64,000 bases of DNA from Spirochaetota bacterium (GTDB taxonomy: Bacteria > Spirochaetota > UBA4802 > JAFGDQ01), in assembly GCA_043803405.1 (NCBI GenBank), contig JAZDKB010000015.1, positions 32,001 to 96,000 on the forward strand, in the 5' to 3' direction. The notes beneath the pieces were generated by a model. The model had not been told where the DNA came from and ran no database searches. It worked only from the letters and a program-made list of their open reading frames with translations. The first letter of the stretch is position 1, and each line of letters starts with the position of its first letter. Of this stretch, positions 28,791 through 39,651 are shown piece after piece. Made by a program: the position numbers and the translations under genes.

Positions 28791-31082
28791 ATGTCAGTTA
28801 ATAAAAACATCCAAATAGTAAGTAAAGAACTCAATATTAAAGACGAGCAGGTTGAAGCAGTAGCTGCCCTGTTATCCGAAGATTCGACCATACCATTTAT
28901 AGCGCGTTACAGGAAAGAAGCAACCGGAGGGCTTGATGAAGTTCAGATTGCTGCAATAAGAGACAGATTGGAACAGCTGGACGAACTCGATAAAAGAAGA
29001 GAAGCCATTCTCAAGTCTATGAAGGAAATGGATAAGCTTACTCCGGAACTCGAAAAAGAAATTATTGCAGCAGAGACACTTGCGAAGCTTGAAGATATTT
29101 ATCTTCCCTTTAAGCCGAAAAGAAAAACCAGGGGAAGCGTAGCAAAGGAAAAAGGCCTGGAGCCGCTTGCCGAACTTATATTCTCACAGAAAAAAATCGA
29201 CCTTGAGAAAACCGCAACAGAATATATAAATACAGAACTTGGAGTGAACACATCCGAGGACGCTCTTCAGGGGGCAAGGGATATTATTGCTGAATGGATA
29301 AATGAAAACAGTCTTGCCAGGGAACATGTCCGCAATCTGTTCGCAAAAAGTTCATCTATGTCCTCAAAGATAATTAAAGGAAAAGAGAAAGAAGGCGGTA
29401 AATACCGCGACTATTTTGACTGGTCGGAATCAGTTGTAAATGCGCCATCGCACAGAATACTGGCGTTGCTCCGCGGCGCAGAAGAAGGATTTCTCTCCGT
29501 GCACTTTCTTCCTGAAGAGGACGAAGCCGTAGCTATTCTGGATAGAGAATTCATTAAAGCCGATAATTCTTCGTCAGAGCAAATAAAGCTTACAGTCAAA
29601 GACAGTTATAAGCGGCTCATGGGGCCGTCCATGGAAACCGAAATGCGCTCCATATTAAAAAAACGGGCCGATGTTGAAGCGATAAAAGTATTTTCGGATA
29701 ATATAAGAGAGCTGCTCCTTGCGTCGCCTTTGGGACAAAAATCCGTGCTCGCGCTTGACCCGGGGCTTAGAACCGGGTGCAAACTTGTGTGCCTCAGCAG
29801 GCAGGGAACTCTTCTCCACAATGAGGCGATCTATCCGCTAGAGCCTCATAACAAAAAAACTGAATCAGCTAAAATTATAAAAGAACTTTGTGAAAAATAT
29901 AAAATTGAAGCAATATCGATAGGAAACGGCACCGGAGGAAGAGAAGCTCTCGCGTTCTGCAATGAACTTGGACTTGAAAATATAATCATTACAATGGTTA
30001 ATGAAAGCGGAGCGTCAGTATACTCGGCTTCGGAAACAGCGCGTAAAGAGTTCCCGGATTACGATGTTACGGTAAGAGGCGCCGTCTCCATCGGTAGAAG
30101 GCTCATGGATCCGCTTGCGGAGCTTGTAAAGATCGATCCGAAAGCTATCGGGGTTGGACAGTATCAGCATGATGTGGATCAGAAGGATCTGAAAAAATCG
30201 CTCGATGATGTTGTGGCAAGCTGCGTAAACTCGGTGGGCGTAGAGGTAAATACTGCAAGCGGCCACCTGCTTCAGTATGTTTCCGGTCTTTCGGCAAGGA
30301 TGGCGGACAGCATCATTGAGATCAGGACCAGGAACGGCCCTTTCAAATCGCGGGCAGAACTGAAAGAAGTCCAGGGAATGGGCCCGAAAACTTATGAACA
30401 GGCAGCAGGTTTTCTGCGCATCAGGGATTCGGAAAATCCGCTGGACCGGAGCGCGGTTCATCCTGAAAGCTACAGGATAGTTGAGCAAATGGCTGCCGAT
30501 CTTTCATGCACTGTAACCGACCTGATAAACGACAGTTCCCTTAGAGATAAGATCAGGCTTAAAAATTATATAACCGAAAGCGTCGGCCTCCCTACCCTAA
30601 TGGATATCGTAAATGAACTCGCAAGGCCCGGAAGAGATCCGCGCAAAGAATTCGAACTATTCAGCTTTTCAGAAGGAGTGCATCAGATATCGGATCTTGA
30701 ACCCGGCATGAAGCTACCCGGTATTGTAACAAATGTTACGGCATTCGGAGCATTTGTCGATGTGGGAGTGCATCAGGACGGGCTTGTGCACATAAGCCAG
30801 CTTTCGGATGGATATGTCAACAGCCCTGCTTCGGTTGTTAAAGTGCATCAGAAAGTTAATGTTACTGTAATGGAAGTTGATGTTGAAAGGAAAAGAATAT
30901 CCTTATCCATGAAAAGCGATCCAATGAATCCGGAAATAAAAAAAGAAAAGAAGAAAGAACGTACAGAAAAAAAACAGCATGCCGGGAAAAATAAATCAGC
31001 AGAGAAAAAGAATAATAACAGGAATAACCAGCCTGGAAAAGTTCTTCCGTTCGCAGGCCTTGCAAATTTACTGAAGAAATAA
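28791..31082 (+). CDS. tex: Tex transcription accessory protein
   Basis: TIPFIARYRKEATG, LDPGLRTGCK, VNESGASVYSAS, DPLAELVKIDPK, C-terminal S1 domain. Confidence 0.95.
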   Translation: MSVNKNIQIVSKELNIKDEQVEAVAALLSEDSTIPFIARYRKEATGGLDEVQIAAIRDRLEQLDELDKRREAILKSMKEMDKLTPELEKEIIAAETLAKLEDIYLPFKPKRKTRGSVAKEKGLEPLAELIFSQKKIDLEKTATEYINTELGVNTSEDALQGARDIIAEWINENSLAREHVRNLFAKSSSMSSKIIKGKEKEGGKYRDYFDWSESVVNAPSHRILALLRGAEEGFLSVHFLPEEDEAVAILDREFIKADNSSSEQIKLTVKDSYKRLMGPSMETEMRSILKKRADVEAIKVFSDNIRELLLASPLGQKSVLALDPGLRTGCKLVCLSRQGTLLHNEAIYPLEPHNKKTESAKIIKELCEKYKIEAISIGNGTGGREALAFCNELGLENIIITMVNESGASVYSASETARKEFPDYDVTVRGAVSIGRRLMDPLAELVKIDPKAIGVGQYQHDVDQKDLKKSLDDVVASCVNSVGVEVNTASGHLLQYVSGLSARMADSIIEIRTRNGPFKSRAELKEVQGMGPKTYEQAAGFLRIRDSENPLDRSAVHPESYRIVEQMAADLSCTVTDLINDSSLRDKIRLKNYITESVGLPTLMDIVNELARPGRDPRKEFELFSFSEGVHQISDLEPGMKLPGIVTNVTAFGAFVDVGVHQDGLVHISQLSDGYVNSPASVVKVHQKVNVTVMEVDVERKRISLSMKSDPMNPEIKKEKKKERTEKKQHAGKNKSAEKKNNNRNNQPGKVLPFAGLANLLKK

Positions 31083-31254
31083 TTCAGTCTACCGCGTCTG
31101 GCTAATAACGATATATTCGATAAGCAATATCGGTATACACAATAATTGATCCCATACAGGCATTTTTTAACTACTCTTTAGAGACAGCTTTATCAGATGA
31201 TTGGACGGAGTAGAAACCAGCGGAAATTAGTAATCCAATTCTAAATCACTCAGG

Positions 31255-31311
31255 TTGACTGACTTTTTTAGCAAAACTACATAGACGAACCGATAAAAAA
31301 AAGTCAGCCAA
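31255..31311. other. Long intergenic inverted repeat
   Basis: TTGACTGACTTTTTT ... AAAAAAGTCAGCCAA (15 bp, 1 mismatch). Confidence 0.4.
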
Positions 31312-31583
31312 GTTGAATAAATTACAATATTTAAATTTTATAAAAAAATTCAAGTTAATCTTGCCGTTTACTAAACTCTTTTATATATTTAGATGATAAA
31401 TTTAAAAGATTTGCTTAATGTTTTTCAATAAATGTTTAATTTTACCGGTTTTACAGCTATTAGCTTATCAGGATTTTTTAATCAAGATATCAAGATGTTA
31501 TAAAAGTAATATGCATTAAATGGTCTTATTCAGCTAACATAATTTTAAACAATTCATATTTAATATTAAAACGGAGAAAAATT

Positions 31584-32840
31584 ATGAGAATAAATTTAAA
31601 CGTATTGAAAAGCTTTATTGCTTTTTCTATCATTTTTCCGGCATTTTTATTTATAAACTTTTCCGCATGCGGCAATAGTACTACTCAGGATTCTCCTGAT
31701 ACAGGTTCACCTTCTATTCCTTTAAACCTTAAAACAACCTCGATATTATCATATAGAGTAAGTCTTGCATGGGATGCATCAACAGATAATAAAGGAGTAA
31801 CCGGATACAGAGTATATCGTGATGGCAGTGCAATCGGCACTTCAGCCAACACAACATACAGCGACACATCTGTCAGCGCAAGCGTTAGTTACGCGTATAC
31901 AGTATCTGCTTACGATGCGGCAAACAATGAAAGCGGAAAGTCGGATGGGATTAATGTTACTACCCCGGCTGGAGCAACGGAACCGACTATTATTGACCAT
32001 CGCTTTACAGACGCTTCAGTTATACCTGATACATACATTACAGCCGCAAAAAGCAACCTCCATATTGCATATCAGCATACTTCACACGGAAGCCAGATAA
32101 TTTCCGGCATGGATGCACTGGAAGCTTATGCACCATACAACAACAGATATGAATGGAGCGATAACGGAAGCGAAGGTCTGGATCTTGATTATTATGATCC
32201 TATTATGGCAGGATATCACGACCTCAGTACAGAGGATTCCGAAAATGCAAACGGGGATACACCCTGGACAATCGCAACAAGAACATTTCTGGATAATACA
32301 AGTAATTATCATATAAATGTTGTAATGTGGTCATGGTGCAGTATTAATGGACATAATATTAGCAGATATATCACAAATATGGAAAAATTAATATCCGAAT
32401 ACGGAGTCGGCGGCAGTAATGCCAGGGCAGCGGCTCATCCTGTTGAGTTCGTATTTATGACTGGACATAGCCAAGGCCAGGGCGAGAGCGGTTTCGTAGC
32501 ACAGGCTGCCGCAACGATACGCGAACATTGCGTAAACAATAACCGCTGGCTTATAGATTATTATGATATTGAGTGCTATGATCCAACAGGAAATTATTAC
32601 GGAGATAAAAACATAACAGATAATCTTGCTTATGTTGCCGGCAACTGGGCTATCGAATATATTAATGCTAACGATGGCAGTATTCTCGATATATTAACAA
32701 TGGGAGACGGAGGCAGCTTCAGTGGATGCACGAGTTGCGCTCACTCGGATACTCCCAGGCAGGCAACTCTGAATTGCGTGCTAAAAGGCCAGGCAGCATG
32801 GCAGCTCTTTGCACGCATTGCAGGTTGGGAAGGAAACTAA
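31584..32840 (+). CDS. Lipoprotein: FN3 domain plus uncharacterised hydrolase-like domain
   Basis: Lipobox FSA-C, FN3 LAWDASTDNKGVTGYRVYRDG...AYDAANNES, then HTSHGSQ...WSWC...FMTGH...CAHS. Confidence 0.8.
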   Translation: MRINLNVLKSFIAFSIIFPAFLFINFSACGNSTTQDSPDTGSPSIPLNLKTTSILSYRVSLAWDASTDNKGVTGYRVYRDGSAIGTSANTTYSDTSVSASVSYAYTVSAYDAANNESGKSDGINVTTPAGATEPTIIDHRFTDASVIPDTYITAAKSNLHIAYQHTSHGSQIISGMDALEAYAPYNNRYEWSDNGSEGLDLDYYDPIMAGYHDLSTEDSENANGDTPWTIATRTFLDNTSNYHINVVMWSWCSINGHNISRYITNMEKLISEYGVGGSNARAAAHPVEFVFMTGHSQGQGESGFVAQAAATIREHCVNNNRWLIDYYDIECYDPTGNYYGDKNITDNLAYVAGNWAIEYINANDGSILDILTMGDGGSFSGCTSCAHSDTPRQATLNCVLKGQAAWQLFARIAGWEGN

Positions 32841-33090
32841 TAACAAAACATAGTATTGTTTTCTGCATCATAATTCCGTCAGTCCGCACATTTTTTATTA
32901 GACGTTTCAAGAAGGCTGATAAACAAATATTAATATAAAAACGTCATGTTGTTATATCAGCCTTAATATCTTTAAAACAAATAATAAAAACCTTGACAGT
33001 TAACATATCTCTTATTGTAAAATAACCAGGTTCCACGAATAATATTCGGGAAAGAAAAATTATTTTAAAATTTTTAATAAAGGAGCAAAA

Positions 33091-34143
33091 ATGAAAAAGA
33101 TATTATTAACGCTCATTTTAATATCGGCTTTTTCATTAACAGGAACATTAGCAATGGATAAACCAGGGATGTATATGGAATTTAAAACGAATACAGGAGA
33201 TTTCCTGTGCGAGTTGTATTATAAGGAAGTGCCTTTAATGGTTTCCAATATTGTCGGATTAACTGAAGGTACCAGGGAATTTACCGATCCTGCTTCGGGG
33301 AAACCTGCAAAACGCCCTTTCTATAACGGACTTATTTTCCACAGGGTTATTGACGGTTTTATGATACAGGGCGGAGATCCGATGGGAAACGGAAGAGGAG
33401 GCCCGGGTTACAAACTTATAGATCAGATAAGCAGGAATCTTAAACATAACAGCGAAGGCATGCTTTCAATGGCCAATGCCGGGCCGGATACAAACGGCAG
33501 CCAGTTCTTTATTACGCTTGCCCCGACACCGCATCTTGACGGGAAACATGCAATAATTGGAAAAGTAGTAGAAGGCATGGATATCGTTAAAAAAATCGGT
33601 AAAGTAAAGAAAGATCGATCCGACAAACCTTCGGAAGATGTCATTATGAAAGAAGTAAAAATTGTCAGGATAGGCGAAGAAGCTAAAGCATTCGATGCTG
33701 AGAAAGAATTTGCAAAAAAAAATAACATTGAAAAAAACCGGCAGGGAGACAAACAAAAAGAGGCAGAAATATTTTTAAAAAAACTGGGTGTCGATACAGC
33801 TAAAATACAAACGACCAAAAGCGGACTGCAATACTATGTAAGCAAACCCGGAAGCGGAGAGAAACCTGCTAAAGGTAAAACCATTATTGCCCACTATGCC
33901 GGTTACCTGACAAATGGACAAAAGTTCGACAGTTCATACGATCGGAAACAGCCATTCTCAACTGCTATAGGCGTAGGCAGAGTAATACCCGGCTGGGATG
34001 AAGCATTTTTAGCCATGGGAAAAGGCGAAAAGAGAGTATTGATAATACCTTATCAACTGGCTTATGGCGAGCAGGGTTATCCCGGTGTTATTCCTCCGAA
34101 GGCAACCTTGATTTTTGACGTAGAATTACTGGATATAAAATAA
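33091..34143 (+). CDS. Exported dual peptidyl-prolyl isomerase (cyclophilin + FKBP)
   Basis: Signal peptide. FHRVIDGFMIQGGDP, SMANAGPDTNGSQFFIT, then FDSSYDR, VIPGWDE, IPPKATLIFDVEL. Confidence 0.95.
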   Translation: MKKILLTLILISAFSLTGTLAMDKPGMYMEFKTNTGDFLCELYYKEVPLMVSNIVGLTEGTREFTDPASGKPAKRPFYNGLIFHRVIDGFMIQGGDPMGNGRGGPGYKLIDQISRNLKHNSEGMLSMANAGPDTNGSQFFITLAPTPHLDGKHAIIGKVVEGMDIVKKIGKVKKDRSDKPSEDVIMKEVKIVRIGEEAKAFDAEKEFAKKNNIEKNRQGDKQKEAEIFLKKLGVDTAKIQTTKSGLQYYVSKPGSGEKPAKGKTIIAHYAGYLTNGQKFDSSYDRKQPFSTAIGVGRVIPGWDEAFLAMGKGEKRVLIIPYQLAYGEQGYPGVIPPKATLIFDVELLDIK

Positions 34144-34151
34144 TTGTATTG

Positions 34152-34223
34152 AAGGATCATACTCTTCATTCTTATTCGATGCAGTATTACGCCTCGAAAT
34201 AAAAACTGAAAAGCATGATCCTT
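34152..34223. repeat. Hairpin enclosing a deleted copy of the 1901-2056 element end
   Basis: TCGATGCA-GTATTACGCCTCGAAATAAAAA versus TCGATGCAAGCGTCGAGGTATTACGCCTTGAAATAAAAA. Outer inverted repeat AAGGATCAT/ATGATCCTT. Confidence 0.6.
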
Positions 34224-34532
34224 TGTATATACAGAAAAAATTAAGATACCGCAATATTCCTCGAATTAACAATTCAGGATATTTATTTCTTACAATAAAT
34301 ATCTACCCTCAATTATATAGATGTTATATATTATTCTTTTGACTTATTGAGAATCCGGATGTAAAATAATAAAATTGATTTTACAGGAAAAGTAATTATA
34401 TTATTATTTTCTTTCTGAAATGTTTTCATCCGGCGAAATCGGGCTGTGGTTCATAGCTGCCGCTTTCGTTAAAGCAAATATTTATAATCCGCCACGTTTT
34501 AACGGCAACCAATTCGGTTAAAAAAGCAAACT

Positions 34533-35804
34533 ATGAAAATAAAAATCTCATTTAATCCATATTTACGCAGCATTGCAATAGCCGGTATTGTATTATTTCT
34601 GTTGCAAGTCGCGGGTCTATTCTTAAGCTGTTATGTTTATCTTCAAAATTTATCATTAAAAATAATAATTATTTATTTTATTGCTGCGTTTGGCATAATC
34701 GCGTCGTTTGTTGTTATATATTTATTGATATTGCCCCCAAGGCTAAAACGACTCATTTCAGCTTTAAATAATATAGCTGAAAAAATTTACGACCGGAATT
34801 ACGACGGCAATACATTAAAAAAAATCGCTTTTGAAGATTTGCTAAAGGAAAGCGAATCTGTAATTACAAATTACCGTAATTCAATTGAGGCTACCGAAAC
34901 CCAGATAACAAGGCTGGTCGATGCTATTGAGAAAAACTCGGATGTATTGAAATTCTTATCACAGAAGGCGGAAGAAAATTTTAAATCTACAGAGACTGAT
35001 CTTAAGACTGTGGAAAATATTTCATCAATGACTGCTGAGATTGTCGAAGGCGCCGAAGAACAGCATGTGAGCCTGGGGCTTCTTGTTGCAAGAATGATTG
35101 ATTTTACCAGGATAATAGAAACTATAGCTGTCGAATTAACAAACCAGCTTAATGTTATCGATTCCATATCCGACAGTTTCGCGGCCGGCAATCAATATTT
35201 ACGTAAGATGCAGCAGAGCATGGAAGAAATCAGCGCCAGTTCAGCGAAAATGGCCGAGTCTCTCAAACTCATCACAAAAATATCCGGCCAGATTAATTTG
35301 CTGTCTTTGAACGCTGCCATAGAATCCGCGCGTGCTGGAGAACACGGGCACGGCTTTGCTGTAGTGTCCGATGAAATATCCAAACTGGCTGAAATGACTT
35401 CCTCAGGCATAAAGGAAATAGACGCGCTCATAAGCAGGAACGAAAAAGAAATTAAAAACGGCATATTAAACGCAGGCAAGACCTTTGAAACGATAACCGA
35501 TGTTCTTCGCGGAGTATCTTCGGTAAAAGAAATGATGCATTCCGCTAATGAAAAAATGACATTCCAGATCCATAATAATTATATAGTAGATGAAGAGTCG
35601 GAAAAAGTTAAAAGCGGCACAAGCGCGATTAAAAACGCCATAGAAAAACAGAAATTCGCCATCGACGGACTAGTTGTATCAATCGGAGAAATACGCGAAA
35701 TGTCTCAGTACTTTTCATATCTTACATCCAAGATTGTAAGCAATGTTGCCGAGATTTCAGATGGAATAAAAAAAATTGATTATTCGGTTAAGTTAAAAAA
35801 ATAG
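34533..35804 (+). CDS. Methyl-accepting chemotaxis protein
   Basis: Two adjacent TM segments, QINLLSLNAAIESARAGEHGHGFAVVSDEISKLA. Confidence 0.92.
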   Translation: MKIKISFNPYLRSIAIAGIVLFLLQVAGLFLSCYVYLQNLSLKIIIIYFIAAFGIIASFVVIYLLILPPRLKRLISALNNIAEKIYDRNYDGNTLKKIAFEDLLKESESVITNYRNSIEATETQITRLVDAIEKNSDVLKFLSQKAEENFKSTETDLKTVENISSMTAEIVEGAEEQHVSLGLLVARMIDFTRIIETIAVELTNQLNVIDSISDSFAAGNQYLRKMQQSMEEISASSAKMAESLKLITKISGQINLLSLNAAIESARAGEHGHGFAVVSDEISKLAEMTSSGIKEIDALISRNEKEIKNGILNAGKTFETITDVLRGVSSVKEMMHSANEKMTFQIHNNYIVDEESEKVKSGTSAIKNAIEKQKFAIDGLVVSIGEIREMSQYFSYLTSKIVSNVAEISDGIKKIDYSVKLKK

Positions 35805-35903
35805 AACTCATCTCAAAAATTTTGTTATGTATTTCAATTTATCAAATATAAAACTTAATATTGAGATCTCTTGTAATATTTTTATCCGGTAATTCCGAAT
35901 TAA

Positions 35904-36119
35904 TCAACTGACTTTATTTATTCTTTTCTGCACCTTCTTCCATGATTCCGTAATTAAAAACGACTCGTCCATGTAATCAATCATTTTTATAAATCTTGCG
36001 ATTGGAACGGAAAACGTAAGCATATCCGCTGGAATATAAGGCCTTGCAGAAGGATCGAACATACCGATAACAGCTCTTTGCCGTTCCTTATCTTTTTCGA
36101 GATAAGGATAATATATAAT
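35904..36119 (-). pseudogene. C-terminal fragment of a DUF169-like protein
   Basis: IIYYPYLEKDKERQRAVIGMFDPSARPYIPADMLTFSVPIARFIKMIDYMDESFLITESWKKVQKRINKVS*, with in-frame TGA immediately upstream (36122-36120). Confidence 0.7.
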
Positions 36120-36266
36120 TCATCCCAATTTATAAATCCAGCTTACGATACACTTAAAGAATATTGATATTATCAGCCTGATAAAAATATATTGACAAAA
36201 CATACTGCCGGATGTGTTTATAAATTCTTAAAATTATTATATTTAAAATTCTTTTTACGAGGCACA

Positions 36267-39029
36267 ATGGACTATTCAAAGACAATAAATCTGCCAGCTA
36301 CCGATTTCCCCATGAAAGCGAATTTGTCGCAAAGGGAACCGGATATGCTTAAAAAATGGAACGAACAGGATATATATGATGAAATTCAAAAAAGCAGGCA
36401 AGGCAGCGAAATATTTATTCTTCACGACGGGCCTCCTTACGCGAACGGCAACATTCATGTAGGCACTGCCTTAAACAAGATTCTGAAAGATATTATCGTT
36501 AAACATAAAACCATGTCCGGCTTCAAAAGCCTGTACGTGCCCGGATGGGACTGCCATGGATTGCCGATAGAACTTCATGTTCTTAAAGAATTAAAGGAAA
36601 GCAAAGATAATCTCGATGTTGTGAGCATAAGAAAAAAATGCAGGAAATACGCGGAAAAATGGGTCAAGATACAAATGGCCGATTTCAAAAGGCTCGGTGT
36701 TTTCGGCGATTTTAAAAATCCATACCTTACAATGTCGGCTCAGTACGAAGCAAAAATAGTCGAGATTTTCGGCGAAATATTCAGGAACGGATATATATAC
36801 AGAAGCAAAAAACCGATCTACTGGTGCCCGACCTGCGAGACTGCCCTTGCTGAAGCGGAAGTTGAATACGCAGATCATACTTCGCCTTCTGTTTATGTAA
36901 AATTCAAAGTAGATCCAAAAACAGTAAACATCGACGGAGTCGACAAAGATAAACTCTATGTCGTCATCTGGACGACTACGCCGTGGACTTTGCCTGCCAA
37001 CCTTGCATTGTCATTTCACCCGGACTTTCCTTACTCGGCATATAAATTCGGCAATGAATATTACATAGTCGCGGACGGTCTTGTTGACGCGATGTGCGGC
37101 ATAGCAGGAATACAGAAAAGCGGGAAAACGCCTGTCACCATTGATCAGCTTAAAAAAATGAAAGTGTATCATCCGTTTATTGACCGTGAATCAAAGGTTA
37201 TTTTTGGAACGCATGTAACCCTGGAACAGGGAACCGGAATTGTACATACAGCTCCCGGACATGGACATGAAGATTATATAATAGGACTCGAATACGGACT
37301 TGATACATATTCTCCTGTTGATTATCAGGGAAAATTTACGGATGAATATCCGGAGATGAAAGGGATAAATGTTTTCGATGCTAATCCGAAAGTAGTTGAA
37401 TTATTAAAACAAAAAAATGTTTTAATATATACGCATGATATCAACCACTCTTATCCCCACTGCTGGAGATGCAAAAAACCGCTCATATTCAGGGCTACGG
37501 AACAATGGTTTTTAAAGATCGATCATAATGACATGAGGAAGAAAGCGCTTAAAGCAGTCGATAATACAAAATGGATCCCTAACTGGGGAGAAACTCGTTT
37601 CAGGAGCATGGTTGAAGGTAGACCGGACTGGTGCCTGTCGCGCCAGAGGTCATGGGGAGTGCCAATTCCTTCATTCAGATGCAAAAAGTGCGGGAAGAAT
37701 TTAATGAGCGCTGAATCAATTCAGCATTTCGGTAAACTGGCGCTTACAAAAAGCATTGATGCATGGTACACCGACGACATCCGGGAACTGATCCCGGCCG
37801 GGACAAAATGTTCGTGCGGTTGTACGGATTTCGAAAAGGAATTCGATATTCTGGATGTGTGGTTCGATTCCGGGGTATCGCACTTCGCAGTGCTGGACGT
37901 GCGTGCTGAGCACAGGTGGCCTGCCGATATTTACCTGGAGGGAAGCGACCAGCACAGGGGATGGTTCCAGTCTTCGCTATGGCCTGCGCTCGCGCTGCGC
38001 GGACGTGCGCCGTTTAATACTGTCATTACGCACGGGTTCGTTCTGGACGAAAAGGGCGCTGCAATGAGCAAATCCATGGGCAACGTAATACCGCCTATAG
38101 ATCTTATAAATAAATTCGGCGCAGACATTCTGCGGCTGTGGGTATCAAGCGAAGATTACAGGAACGACGTTAAAATCGGCACAGACCTGATGACTCAGGT
38201 CGCTGACTCGTACAGAAAAATCCGCAATACGTTTAAATTCATAATAGGCAATCTTTCGGACTTCAGTCCAAAGGATGCCCTGAAATATGATGATCTGAAC
38301 GACATCGACAAATGGATACTGAATAAATTATATCATTTATCAGCTCAAATAACTAAAGCATATGAAAATTACGAATTTCATCTAGTATATAGAAGGATTC
38401 TTAACTTTTGCGCCGTGGAATTATCTTCAATATATTTTGACGTTTCCAAGGACATTCTTTACATAGAAGAAAAAAATGCCAAAAAAAGACGTTCTGTTCA
38501 AACTGCTCTAAAAGAATTATATGAAACAATACTCAGGCTTTCTGCGCCAATTCTTTCCTTCACATCTGAAGAGATATGGAAGTTCGGAGGAAATACCGGT
38601 TCAATACATACGCAGAAATACAACAAACTGAATGATGCATATAATAATCCGGATATCGAAAATAAAATGGAAGCCATTGTGAATATTAAAAAAGATGCGC
38701 TTAAAGCGCTCGAATTAAAAAGAGCGGAAAAAGCAATCAGGTCTTCGCTGGAAGCGGATTTAAAGATATTTCCCAAGGATGAAAATGTTAAAAAGTGGCT
38801 GAAAGATATGGGCAGCGATCTAAACATTTTTTTCCAGGCAGCAAAAGTGGAAATACTGGATGAAAAAAAAGCCGGGCTTGCTGAATATGAAAAATCATTT
38901 ATTATGGCTGAAAAAACAGGCGGTGCAAAATGCATGCGCTGCTGGAACTTTACGGACAATATCGGCAGCGATGCTGCGCATCCGGAGCTTTGCCCAAGAT
39001 GCACTAAAATTGTGAAGAATATTGCATAA
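36267..39029 (+). CDS. ileS: Isoleucine-tRNA ligase (type 1)
   Basis: HDGPPYANG, HVGT (HIGH-like), WTTTPWTLP, EGSDQHRGWF, AMSKS, C-terminal CMRCW..CPRC. Start ATG 36267 (MDYSKT). Confidence 0.97.
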   Translation: MDYSKTINLPATDFPMKANLSQREPDMLKKWNEQDIYDEIQKSRQGSEIFILHDGPPYANGNIHVGTALNKILKDIIVKHKTMSGFKSLYVPGWDCHGLPIELHVLKELKESKDNLDVVSIRKKCRKYAEKWVKIQMADFKRLGVFGDFKNPYLTMSAQYEAKIVEIFGEIFRNGYIYRSKKPIYWCPTCETALAEAEVEYADHTSPSVYVKFKVDPKTVNIDGVDKDKLYVVIWTTTPWTLPANLALSFHPDFPYSAYKFGNEYYIVADGLVDAMCGIAGIQKSGKTPVTIDQLKKMKVYHPFIDRESKVIFGTHVTLEQGTGIVHTAPGHGHEDYIIGLEYGLDTYSPVDYQGKFTDEYPEMKGINVFDANPKVVELLKQKNVLIYTHDINHSYPHCWRCKKPLIFRATEQWFLKIDHNDMRKKALKAVDNTKWIPNWGETRFRSMVEGRPDWCLSRQRSWGVPIPSFRCKKCGKNLMSAESIQHFGKLALTKSIDAWYTDDIRELIPAGTKCSCGCTDFEKEFDILDVWFDSGVSHFAVLDVRAEHRWPADIYLEGSDQHRGWFQSSLWPALALRGRAPFNTVITHGFVLDEKGAAMSKSMGNVIPPIDLINKFGADILRLWVSSEDYRNDVKIGTDLMTQVADSYRKIRNTFKFIIGNLSDFSPKDALKYDDLNDIDKWILNKLYHLSAQITKAYENYEFHLVYRRILNFCAVELSSIYFDVSKDILYIEEKNAKKRRSVQTALKELYETILRLSAPILSFTSEEIWKFGGNTGSIHTQKYNKLNDAYNNPDIENKMEAIVNIKKDALKALELKRAEKAIRSSLEADLKIFPKDENVKKWLKDMGSDLNIFFQAAKVEILDEKKAGLAEYEKSFIMAEKTGGAKCMRCWNFTDNIGSDAAHPELCPRCTKIVKNIA

Positions 39030-39090
39030 TATTTTTGAATACACCCGTTAAAGATTGCAGGAAAACAATTATTTTTAATTTCGAGGATAA

Positions 39091-39591
39091 ATGAAAAAAT
39101 ATATTTATACGGCATTGATATTTATGGTTTCTCTCTTTCTGGATATAATTACAAAATATCTTGTACTAATCAATATTTCAGAACATGAAAGAATTAATAT
39201 TGCGGGCAGCTTTATCCAGTTAACTCTTGTTTACAACAGGGGCGGACTTTTCGGTATCCTTCAGGGGTATCAGAATCTATTTTTAATAATTTCTATAATT
39301 GTATTAATATTTATAATTATATTTTTTATCTACGAAAAAAATAAGAACATGATTTTCTGTACTTCAATGGCTCTGATTACTTCCGGTGCAGTCGGCAACA
39401 TACTGGACAGGGTTACGGGCAGGAAAGGAGTCGTGGATTTTATTTACATTGGAAGCGACAATGTGTTCCGCTGGTGGGCTTTTAATGTTGCAGACGCGGT
39501 TATAGTTGTCGGGGCATTCCTGCTTTTTATCATGTTTATAGAGCAGGAGAAAAAAAGAAAAGCAGCGGAAAAAACCGGAGAGAAAGAGTAA
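39091..39591 (+). CDS. lspA: Lipoprotein signal peptidase II
   Basis: DIITK, NRGGLFG, GAVGNILDR, VVDFI, FNVAD. Canonical position after ileS. Confidence 0.95.
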   Translation: MKKYIYTALIFMVSLFLDIITKYLVLINISEHERINIAGSFIQLTLVYNRGGLFGILQGYQNLFLIISIIVLIFIIIFFIYEKNKNMIFCTSMALITSGAVGNILDRVTGRKGVVDFIYIGSDNVFRWWAFNVADAVIVVGAFLLFIMFIEQEKKRKAAEKTGEKE

Positions 39592-39651
39592 AAATATATA
39601 GAAATACTCTGTGTGTCAGCATAGAATTCGCTTTTTTTATAATATAAAAAT

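Noticed and set aside
32912..32964. AAGGCTGATA/TATCAGCCTT inverted repeat
   Set aside because: 10-bp arms with a long AT spacer and no supportable function.
34425..34465. c-di-GMP riboswitch upstream of the MCP gene (GAAA hairpin followed by GCTGCC)
   Set aside because: The conserved GGCAAA...GACGCAAA 5' half is absent. An Infernal scan would be needed to revive it.
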